From Rickettsiales bacterium (lineage in GTDB: Bacteria; Pseudomonadota; Alphaproteobacteria; Rickettsiales; UBA1997), in contig CANEUR010000001.1 of assembly GCA_947441875.1 (NCBI GenBank), positions 1 to 24,863 of the forward strand: a stretch of 24,863 bases of DNA. Reading direction: 5' to 3'. This document shows, in pieces, positions 17,265 to 24,863 of the stretch. Position 1 is the first letter of the stretch; every line of letters starts with the position of its first letter. Below the pieces are notes generated by a model. It was not told the origin of the DNA. It searched no databases and worked only from the letters and a program-made list of their open reading frames with translations. A program made the position numbers and the translations under genes.

Positions 17265-19655
17265 ATGCAATTCTCTATTATTAAATCTAAAAAAGAATCG
17301 GTAATCAATAGAGAAACTTCTGCTTCAAAATTTATTCCTTATAAAAGTCATTTTAATCACAACACTTTACTTACCAAAAAAGATGAATTAGTAAGGGTAA
17401 TTAAAATTAAAGGTTTTTCTTTTGAAACCGCCGATGATATTGATGTTGATCTCAAAAAAAACACTCGAAATAATTTGCTAAAAAGCATGGCTCAAAGCAG
17501 TTTTTCTATGTATTTTCATACTATCAGAAGAAAAGAAAAAGCCTTTCCAGATGGTGAAATGCCAGACGATTTTAGCAAACAACTTAATCACAATTGGGGT
17601 TTGCGACATTCTGATGATAAATGCTTTGTTAACGAACACTTTTTAACAATTATCAGGGGCCAACTGCAGGGAGGGGTGATTGGAGCAATTAATTTAGTAA
17701 ATCAAGCACAACAAAAAACCAGTAAAACAGCCTGGACAGAATACATTAAAGAGGCTTATGGCGAACTAGAAGAAATGACCGAAAGAATCTTAAATGGCCT
17801 TTCTAATTATAGCCCACAACTACTTGAAGTTATTGAAACCGAAGATGGTTTTCAATCAGAAATTCTTAATTTTTTCGGCAGAATTGTAAATTGCGGTTAT
17901 CAACAAAACTATTTAGTTCCAACCTCTAATATCGACACTTACTTACCAGTTTCTCGACTTTATATTGGAGCAAAAACAATCGAAGTTCACAATCCTGATA
18001 CCATCAAATATGCAGGCTTAGTGTCAATCAAAGAATATCGACCAGCAACACATGCTGGTGTTTTTGATGGCTTTATGCAAATGCCTTTTGAGTTAATTAT
18101 TAGTCAATCTTTTGTTTTTACCGATCGCATGGTGGCAATTGGAGCAATGCAATTACAACAACGCAGATTAATGCAATCTGAAGATGTAGCAGTTTCACAA
18201 ATCAGAGAAATAGATGAAGCACTTGATTCGGCAATGGGTGGAGCCTATGCTTTTGGCAATCATTACATGACGGTTATGTGCATAGAAGATAGTCAAAAAT
18301 CATTAGAAAGCGCCTTATCTATGGCTTCTGTTGAACTTGCCAATGCTGGTATTACAGGTGTTAGAGAAAAAATAAATCTTGAACCAGCATTTTGGTCGCA
18401 ATTACCTGGTAATGCTAGCTTTATGGCAAGAGCCTCTACTATTAACACTTTAAACTTATCATCTTTTGCCTCTTTTCATAACTACCCTTCTGGCAATCGA
18501 AAAGGTAATCATTGGGGCGATGCGGTAACTGTGCTAAATACAGTTTCTGGCACTCCTTATTTTTTTAGCTTTCATGTTCGAGATGTTGGCCATACCATGA
18601 TTATTGGTCCTACTGGTGCTGGTAAAACGGTTTTACTAAATTTTTTATGTTCGCAATCACAAAAATTTAACGGCAGATTGTTTTTTTTCGACAAAGACCG
18701 AGGAGCTGAAATTTTTATAAGAGCAGTTGGTGGCAAATATATGATTCCTACCGCTTCTAAAGTTTCTGGTTTTAATCCTTTGCAACTGCCTGATAACAGC
18801 CAAAATCGAGCTTTTTTAGTTGAATTATTAAAATCTTTAGTATCTACAAACGGCGAAATTTTAGGTGCTCACGAAATTGAGCGAATTAACGAAGCAGTAA
18901 ATGGTAATTACAAACTACCAAAAGAACAAAGAATGCTACGAAATATCGCTCCTTTTATGGGCTTGGGAGGTCCTGGTAGTTTAGCAAATAGGCTTTCCAT
19001 TTGGCATTCTAACGGCTCTCATGCTAAACTTTTTGATAACGAAAACGACAACATAGATTTTTCTATCGCCCGAAATTTTGGCATCGAAATGGGTTATTTA
19101 TTGCAAGATAAAGTTGCCATTGCACCAGCTTTACTTTATTTGTTTCATCGTATTCAATCTTCTTTAAAAGGCGAGCCAACTATGATAGTGCTTGATGAAG
19201 CTTGGGCACTTATTGGCAACCCAATTTTTGCCCCAAAAATCAAAGACTGGCTAAAAGTCATGAGAAAACTAAATGCTATGGTGGTTTTTGCCACTCAATC
19301 GGTTGAAGATGCTTCAAAAAGCGAAATTTCTGATACTTTAGTGCAACAAACCGCCACTCAAATATTTTTGCCAAATCTAAGAGCAACCCAAGCTTATCGC
19401 AATATTTTTATGCTTTCAGAACGAGAATTTTCTATTGTTAAATCTACCGACCCTAGCACTAGATTTTTTTTAGTAAAACAAGATAATGATGGAGTGGTGG
19501 CAAGGCTTGATTTATCTGGTATGGATAACATTATTCAAGTATTATCTGGCCGAAACGATACCGTAGCATTACTTGATAGAATAATCGATGAACATGGCGA
19601 AGATCCGCAAGATTGGCTACCAATTTTTTACCAAAAAGCACAAAAATTATTATGA
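17265..19655 (+). CDS. virB4: Type IV secretion ATPase VirB4 (resembles Rickettsiales RvhB4-I)
   Basis: 'FIPYKSH', 'GFSFETADD', 'EPAFWSQLPGN', 'GNHWG', Walker A 'GHTMIIGPTGAGKT', Walker B 'IVLDEAW', 'RKLNAMVVFATQS'; 796 aa. Confidence 0.97.
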   Translation: MQFSIIKSKKESVINRETSASKFIPYKSHFNHNTLLTKKDELVRVIKIKGFSFETADDIDVDLKKNTRNNLLKSMAQSSFSMYFHTIRRKEKAFPDGEMPDDFSKQLNHNWGLRHSDDKCFVNEHFLTIIRGQLQGGVIGAINLVNQAQQKTSKTAWTEYIKEAYGELEEMTERILNGLSNYSPQLLEVIETEDGFQSEILNFFGRIVNCGYQQNYLVPTSNIDTYLPVSRLYIGAKTIEVHNPDTIKYAGLVSIKEYRPATHAGVFDGFMQMPFELIISQSFVFTDRMVAIGAMQLQQRRLMQSEDVAVSQIREIDEALDSAMGGAYAFGNHYMTVMCIEDSQKSLESALSMASVELANAGITGVREKINLEPAFWSQLPGNASFMARASTINTLNLSSFASFHNYPSGNRKGNHWGDAVTVLNTVSGTPYFFSFHVRDVGHTMIIGPTGAGKTVLLNFLCSQSQKFNGRLFFFDKDRGAEIFIRAVGGKYMIPTASKVSGFNPLQLPDNSQNRAFLVELLKSLVSTNGEILGAHEIERINEAVNGNYKLPKEQRMLRNIAPFMGLGGPGSLANRLSIWHSNGSHAKLFDNENDNIDFSIARNFGIEMGYLLQDKVAIAPALLYLFHRIQSSLKGEPTMIVLDEAWALIGNPIFAPKIKDWLKVMRKLNAMVVFATQSVEDASKSEISDTLVQQTATQIFLPNLRATQAYRNIFMLSEREFSIVKSTDPSTRFFLVKQDNDGVVARLDLSGMDNIIQVLSGRNDTVALLDRIIDEHGEDPQDWLPIFYQKAQKLL

Positions 19656-22516
19656 AACAATCTAAATTTTTGCTACTTTTTTTAATACTAATCTTGCTTT
19701 TCAAACCCAGCTTTTCACAAACCAATGAAAGAGCCCCAAAATATGGGCCAGAACGAATCAGACCATGCGATCCTGATGATTATTCAAAAATCACGGAAGA
19801 CGATCGTTATAATTTATTAAAACAAACAACACTAGATATCAATGCTAATTTAAATTTTGCTTCAGAACCACAAAACGGCTTAGGATCTGATTTTATGTTT
19901 GAAATGTCTAACCAAAATTGCTCCATCTATTTTTCAAGCTATTGGTTGGCTTTTAGAAGTACAATTTCTATTGCCACTGCATTATGCGGTGGTACACCAT
20001 CAATTTTTCCGAATCCAATAAAAGATATTATTTGGCAAGTAAAAAATGTTGCTTCTTGTGCAAAAAACCGTGAAGCAGCATGTTGTAGTGCTGTTAAAGC
20101 AGTAGCGCTTTTATCTGCTGCTGTAGCAACTCACTCATTAATACTATACTCACTATCAGATCAGACATTAAAAAAAGTAAGAGTTTGTGGTTATAATTGG
20201 TCGCATCCAACTTATCAACTTGATAAAATTACGTATGATCAACAAGCAGAAAAGAGTTATAAAGAATATCTGTTAACATCAATAAAAGACAAAGAACAAT
20301 ACCAAGAGAAACATGAACTTAATAATGCTGGTAGATATTTTCGCATCTCCGATATTTTCGATAAAGAAGATAGCAATAAAAAAAACATGAAAAACAATGT
20401 TGATGGTAACGATTGTAGCGAAGAGACATTAAAAACCATGAAGCCGTTTTATTTAAGAGGTCTTGATTCTGGCAATTTTAACTGCGCTCAGTATAATGAT
20501 GAACAAAAACAATGTTGCGAAAATCTTGCTAAAAACTATATTTGCCTAGAAGACATTACATCAAGCAGAGATCCAAAACATAGAAATTTTACATTTTGTA
20601 AAAAAGGAACTATTTGCCGTCTAAACATTACTGAACAGGCAGAACCTGTAGAATTTACAATAAAAGAACGAGAGGAAGGTAGGGTTTTATGTGCCGAAAG
20701 TTATAGCTTGTGTCCTTATAATTTTTCTGTTGCTGGCGGAACAACTTATCCAGTAAAGCAACAAAACCACTCTAATGTTGAAGAAGCAAATAAAAAAATC
20801 AAAGATGCTTTTATTACCCCAGAAGCAAATAACGAAGATCTAACAACATATACCAATGATACACTACCAGAAGATCTTCCTTGTAGCGACAGTCAAAATC
20901 AAGAACCAGATACTTGTTTTCCAAAAGACAAGGCTTATCAATTAAAAAATCAATGTCAATATTATACTCACTGCACCATCGCCTCTGATTTTCCTTACAC
21001 TGTGCGCGATTATAAAATAAATCGTTATTTTTCATATGCTTGTCTAGATTTTAAAGGGGTTGCTGGTCAAAATAAATCAATTTCAACACTTGGTAACGAA
21101 ATATATTTAGGAGCGCCCATTGCTCAATGTTTTTATGAAACATTTGGCAATATTTTTACCAATAAAAATGGTCACACATTATGTAAAAGCGGTGAAACCA
21201 CCGATGGCACAAGCTGTATAGATAATGGTATAGCAATATATGAAAAAAACGAAAGCGGTGGCGAAAATATTTTTACCAAAATACAAAATAATTTAAAATT
21301 TACAATTAAAGTAGCCCTCACATTAGCAATTTTGTTTTTTGGCATTAAAATATTAATATCACCTGGTGATGTTATTGGCATGTCACAACGAAAAGAAATG
21401 ATTTTGCTAATATTTAAAATTGGCATTGTAGCTTATTTTGCACTAGGCAATGCTTGGCAAACTATTTTTTTTGATGCTATTTATGGCTCGTTCCCAGAAT
21501 TAGTATCTAAGTTTTTTCAATATACTAGCGCAGAAGGTGATATGTGCAAATCAGAAACCTCATTCATTATAAGCGATAGATATAGTTATTTAAAAATATT
21601 TAATCTACTTGATTGCAAATTAAAATACTATTTAGCATATACCCCTGGCACTTCTACCGCCAATGTTTTTGGCTTAATATTTTCTACTTTATTTACAGGA
21701 TCATATGGCTTTTTAATTGCGATATCATTATTCTTTTTTGTAATTATGATGATTATAATTATTATGAGAGCCTTATATTTGTTTATTACCAGTGCCTTAG
21801 CAATTGTGATTTATATTTTTGTTTCACCTATTATTTTTCCTACTTTGCTTTTTAAACAAACTGCTGATATTTTTAATAAATGGTTTATGCAACTTATTTC
21901 TTTTGCCTTGCAACCAATTATTTTATTTGTGTATATTGCTATTTTTATTCAAGCTTCTGATTTATTAATTTTCGGTAAAGATCCTAAATTTTCCGAAGGA
22001 AAAATAGACTGTGCCTACGATTATGTAAAAGACAAAACAAGAGTAGAAGAAGATAAAAAAAGATTAGCTTGCGTTTTACAATTTAGTCAATTCAGTCGAA
22101 GTTCAGCATTTGCCATTCTTTCTGTTGGCATACCTGCTGCATTTGATTTATTCTCCGATCTGCTCTCCAGTGGCAAACTGGGTATTATTCTTACTGTATT
22201 AAGAGGAGTTATAGGTATTTATTTACTCTTAAAGATGTTTGATCTCATACCAGGAATTATTGATTATATTTTTGGCTCTTCTCTTGATAAAAAAGGCGAC
22301 GACGTTCTTAACACCTTTAAATCTTTTGTTAGTAAAATAAGTCTTGCCAATAAAATGGCTGGCTCTTTAGCTTGGAATCAAGCATTTAATTCGGCAGAAA
22401 CATTGCAAGCTAAACAAGATGGTGGCAAAAAAGATGATGGCAAAAAAGATGATGGCAAAAAAGATGATGGTAAAAAAGATGATGGCAAAAAAGATGATAG
22501 TGGTGGTGTTGCTTAA
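19652..22516 (+). CDS. virB6: Extended VirB6/TrbL-family T4SS protein (954 aa from ATG 19652) with signal peptide, Cys-rich N-terminal domain and repeat tail
   Basis: ATGA overlap with the virB4 stop; signal peptide MKQSKFLLLFLILILLFKPSFS; 'APIAQCFYETFGNIF'; VirB6 core 'IFNLLDCKLKYY', 'IYIFVSPIIFPTLLFKQTADIFNKWFMQLISFALQP' with multiple TM segments. Confidence 0.9.
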   Translation: MKQSKFLLLFLILILLFKPSFSQTNERAPKYGPERIRPCDPDDYSKITEDDRYNLLKQTTLDINANLNFASEPQNGLGSDFMFEMSNQNCSIYFSSYWLAFRSTISIATALCGGTPSIFPNPIKDIIWQVKNVASCAKNREAACCSAVKAVALLSAAVATHSLILYSLSDQTLKKVRVCGYNWSHPTYQLDKITYDQQAEKSYKEYLLTSIKDKEQYQEKHELNNAGRYFRISDIFDKEDSNKKNMKNNVDGNDCSEETLKTMKPFYLRGLDSGNFNCAQYNDEQKQCCENLAKNYICLEDITSSRDPKHRNFTFCKKGTICRLNITEQAEPVEFTIKEREEGRVLCAESYSLCPYNFSVAGGTTYPVKQQNHSNVEEANKKIKDAFITPEANNEDLTTYTNDTLPEDLPCSDSQNQEPDTCFPKDKAYQLKNQCQYYTHCTIASDFPYTVRDYKINRYFSYACLDFKGVAGQNKSISTLGNEIYLGAPIAQCFYETFGNIFTNKNGHTLCKSGETTDGTSCIDNGIAIYEKNESGGENIFTKIQNNLKFTIKVALTLAILFFGIKILISPGDVIGMSQRKEMILLIFKIGIVAYFALGNAWQTIFFDAIYGSFPELVSKFFQYTSAEGDMCKSETSFIISDRYSYLKIFNLLDCKLKYYLAYTPGTSTANVFGLIFSTLFTGSYGFLIAISLFFFVIMMIIIIMRALYLFITSALAIVIYIFVSPIIFPTLLFKQTADIFNKWFMQLISFALQPIILFVYIAIFIQASDLLIFGKDPKFSEGKIDCAYDYVKDKTRVEEDKKRLACVLQFSQFSRSSAFAILSVGIPAAFDLFSDLLSSGKLGIILTVLRGVIGIYLLLKMFDLIPGIIDYIFGSSLDKKGDDVLNTFKSFVSKISLANKMAGSLAWNQAFNSAETLQAKQDGGKKDDGKKDDGKKDDGKKDDGKKDDSGGVA
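22424..22498 (+). repeat. In-frame tandem repeat: 5 x 15 bp GG(C/T)AAAAAAGATGAT (GKKDD) at the VirB6 C-terminus
   Basis: Units start at 22424, 22439, 22454, 22469 (synonymous GGT variant) and 22484. Confidence 0.97.
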
Positions 22517-22543
22517 AAATTATTTAACAACTCAAAAAAAATG

Positions 22544-22571
22544 TTGCAATAGCAAATTTGTTAAGTAAAAT
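22544..22571 (+). promoter_or_regulatory. Putative sigma70 promoter of dnaN (TTGCAA-N16-TAAAAT)
   Basis: TTGCAA at 22544-22549, 16-nt spacer, TAAAAT at 22566-22571, 35 nt before the ATG. Confidence 0.4.
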
Positions 22572-22606
22572 TTTGTATATTTTTCAAATACAACCAATAA
22601 AATTAT

Positions 22607-23710
22607 ATGCAATTTGAAGTATCAAAAACCATTCTTTTAAAAGCTCTGTCAGATGTTAACGGTGCTGTTGAAAAGAAAAACACTATACCAGTTTTGCAAA
22701 ATATTAAAATAGAAGCAAAAGATAATAAAGTTTCTTTATTTGCCACCGATATGGATATTTTAATAACCACTTATTTTGATTGTCAAATATCTACCGAGGG
22801 CTCTACTACTGTTTTGGCACAAATCTTCTTCGATATTATAAGAAAAATACCAGATGGCATAATTAATATTAATCTAGAAAACGAAAATTTACTACAAATC
22901 AAGCTCGGCAAATCTCGTTATAAATTATCTTGCATCGATCCTGCCGAATTTCCAATTATCTCTAGCGAAGAACTTACCGATGTAATAGAGCTCGATGCCC
23001 AAATTTTAGCTAAAATGATTAGTAAAACTCAATTTGCCATTTCTAACGATGAAACTCGCTATTATTTAAATGGTTTATTTTTTCATTCTCTCCAAGAAAA
23101 TGATAACCATTACCTTCGCACTGTTGCTACCGATGGCCATAGATTAGCAATGTCTTCTTTATTTACTGGCATAGCTAAAGATTTTGGCATTATTGTTCCC
23201 AAAAAAACCGTAGGTGAAATTAAAAGAATAATTGAAACCACCACTAAAAAAGTTTCTTTAGCAGTTTCAAGAGTAAAAATAAAGGTTGTGTGCGATAAAA
23301 CAACCATTGTTTCCAAACTAATTGATGGCGAATTTCCTCCCTATGATAAAGTGTTGCCAAAAAATAATTTTAATATCGTTAATATTAAAAGAAAAGATCT
23401 GTTCGATTGTCTCGATCGTATCTCAATTTTAGCAAACGACAAACATCGCTCAGTAAAAATCAAAATCTTTGAAAATAAATTTTGTTTACAAGTTGGTGAT
23501 GATGATAATCCTTTGGCTTACGAAGAACTCGATATCATTTACAGCGACAACAAAATAGAGTCTGGTTTTAATTCTAAATATCTACTCGAAATTATTTCTC
23601 AAGTTGAAAAAGAAGAAGTGGTTATAAAATTTAACGATGGTTTTTCGCCAGCACTTGTAGAATCTCCAGATTCTAACTCTGTGTTTGTAATTATGCCTGT
23701 TCGAATCTAA
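22607..23710 (+). CDS. dnaN: DNA polymerase III beta sliding clamp
   Basis: 'NTIPVLQNIKI', 'ATDMDI', 'FAISNDETRYYLNG', 'VATDGHRL', 'SKLIDGEFPPY', 'GFNSKYL', 'VIMPVRI'. Confidence 0.98.
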   Translation: MQFEVSKTILLKALSDVNGAVEKKNTIPVLQNIKIEAKDNKVSLFATDMDILITTYFDCQISTEGSTTVLAQIFFDIIRKIPDGIININLENENLLQIKLGKSRYKLSCIDPAEFPIISSEELTDVIELDAQILAKMISKTQFAISNDETRYYLNGLFFHSLQENDNHYLRTVATDGHRLAMSSLFTGIAKDFGIIVPKKTVGEIKRIIETTTKKVSLAVSRVKIKVVCDKTTIVSKLIDGEFPPYDKVLPKNNFNIVNIKRKDLFDCLDRISILANDKHRSVKIKIFENKFCLQVGDDDNPLAYEELDIIYSDNKIESGFNSKYLLEIISQVEKEEVVIKFNDGFSPALVESPDSNSVFVIMPVRI

Positions 23711-23719
23711 TTCAAAATT

Positions 23720-23869
23720 ATGGCAATTGTTAAAAATATTATCATTTGGTTAATATTTTTTGCACTACTAGGGGCTGTTTTTATTTTGGCTTTATCAAGT
23801 GAATATGTGCCTATCAAAACCTTAGTTATTCCAATTAAAATTAGCAACAATATTAATTCTAATATTTAA
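23720..23869 (+). CDS. Small hypothetical single-pass membrane protein, 49 aa (not in ORF track)
   Basis: MAIVKNIIIWLIFFALLGAVFILALSSEYVPIKTLVIPIKISNNINSNI; fills the dnaN-lpdA gap with 9-nt and 11-nt spacers. Confidence 0.6.
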   Translation: MAIVKNIIIWLIFFALLGAVFILALSSEYVPIKTLVIPIKISNNINSNI

Positions 23870-23880
23870 AAAATTACTTT

Positions 23881-24863
23881 ATGTCTAACTACAACTTCGA
23901 TACAATTATTATTGGTGGTGGCCCTGGCGGTTATGTTTGCGCTATACGCTTAGCTCAACTTGGTTTTAAAGTTGCCTGTATTGAAAAAGAAAAAACACTA
24001 GGTGGCACTTGCTTAAATGTTGGTTGCATACCCTCTAAAGCACTTCTTGAAGCATCTCATAAATTTCATGATGCTTGCCATAATTTTCAGCAAATCGGCA
24101 TTAATGTTACTAACCCAGCTATTGAAATAGCTAAATTAATGGCTCATAAAAACAAAATTATTTCTGGTTTAACTAGCGGTATTGCTGGCTTATTTAAAAA
24201 AAATAAAGTGCAACATATTAATGGTTTTGCTAGTTTTATTGATAATCACACCGTAGAAGTTACAAATAACAACGAAAAAACCACCTATACCGCTCAAAAT
24301 TTTGTTATTGCCACTGGCTCCGAGGTGGTTTCTTTACCAAATGTGGCTATCGACGAAAAAATTATTGTTTCTTCTACTGGAGCATTGTCTTTAAATACAG
24401 TGCCAAAAAAAATGGTAGTAATTGGTGCTGGAGTTATCGGCTTAGAGCTAGGTTCGGTTTGGCTTCGCTTAGGTGCCGAAGTTGAGGTTATAGAATATCT
24501 TAACACCACCACCCCTACTCTTGATTGCGAAATATCTAAAAACTTTCAAAGAATTCTCGAAAAACAAGGCATGAAATTTCGCCTTGCCACCAAAGTGCAA
24601 GGAGTTGAGGTTGTTGCCAATAATCAGGCTGTTGTTACGGTTCAGGCTGTTGATTCTAAAGAAATCCAACAAATTTCTGCCGATGTGGTTTTAGTGTCTG
24701 TTGGCCGCAAACCCTATACCGTAGGTTTAGGTCTTGAAAAAATTGGAGTTAAAATTAACAACAAAGGCTTTATCGAAAATCATCATCTGCAAACTAATAT
24801 TAGCAATATTTTTGTTATAGGCGATGCCACTACTGGAGCAATGCTTGCACACAAAGCCGAAGA
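23881..24863 (+). CDS. lpdA: Dihydrolipoamide dehydrogenase (E3), runs off the right edge (not in ORF track)
   Basis: 'IIIGGGPGGYVCAIRLAQLG', redox disulfide 'GGTCLNVGCIPSKALL', 'IATGS', NAD-binding 'VIGAGVIGLELGSVW', 'VGRKPYT', 'IGD...GAMLAHKAE'. Confidence 0.97.
   Translation, partial: MSNYNFDTIIIGGGPGGYVCAIRLAQLGFKVACIEKEKTLGGTCLNVGCIPSKALLEASHKFHDACHNFQQIGINVTNPAIEIAKLMAHKNKIISGLTSGIAGLFKKNKVQHINGFASFIDNHTVEVTNNNEKTTYTAQNFVIATGSEVVSLPNVAIDEKIIVSSTGALSLNTVPKKMVVIGAGVIGLELGSVWLRLGAEVEVIEYLNTTTPTLDCEISKNFQRILEKQGMKFRLATKVQGVEVVANNQAVVTVQAVDSKEIQQISADVVLVSVGRKPYTVGLGLEKIGVKINNKGFIENHHLQTNISNIFVIGDATTGAMLAHKAE

Noticed and set aside
17265-22516. virB4-virB6 as part of a conjugative element
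   Set aside because: No relaxase, coupling protein, integrase or boundaries are seen; VirB4 resembles the chromosomal Rickettsiales type and is flanked by core genes.
1578-24672. Short antisense or alternate-frame ORFs in the track (e.g. 1730-1951, 4279-4530, 7989-8369, 11273-11497, 15449-15784, 21172-21426, 24294-24512)
   Set aside because: All lie wholly or mostly within well-supported genes and show no recognisable motifs; they are shadow ORFs. 4279-4530 is largely the antisense of tatA.

Overview
AT-rich (roughly 30% GC by eye), densely coding chromosomal segment from a Rickettsiales-like alphaproteobacterium. The assignment is inferred from an RvhB4-I/extended VirB6 T4SS pair, AmpG, ThyX, a CobS-like ATPase, an ExoD-like protein and a secreted dioxygenase-like protein. 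Gene order: cysQ (partial), cobS-like AAA+, der, rpsD (all minus); thyX, tatA, exoD-like (plus); holC, rppH, rseP, dxr, rbfA, intradiol-dioxygenase-like, dcd, dnaG, tRNA-Ile(GAT), nhaA, tolB, hslV (minus); ampG, virB4, virB6, dnaN, a 49-aa membrane ORF and lpdA (partial) (plus). Four CDS missing from the supplied ORF track were recovered by hand: cysQ, tatA, the 49-aa ORF and lpdA. I saw no mobile element, CRISPR array, rRNA or clear pseudogene. Most of the window is scrambled housekeeping DNA, and I found no clearly new multi-gene system. Best leads: (i) an apparent ampG-virB4-virB6 operon with no virB3, whose single VirB6 has a 24-cysteine exported N-terminal domain and a 5x GKKDD tandem-repeat tail; (ii) a signal-peptide-bearing intradiol-dioxygenase-fold protein lacking two of four iron ligands; (iii) a stand-alone tRNA-Ile with its own promoter upstream of dnaG; (iv) a CobS-like ATPase overlapping der with no adjacent cobT. 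All homology calls come from motif recognition, not database searches.
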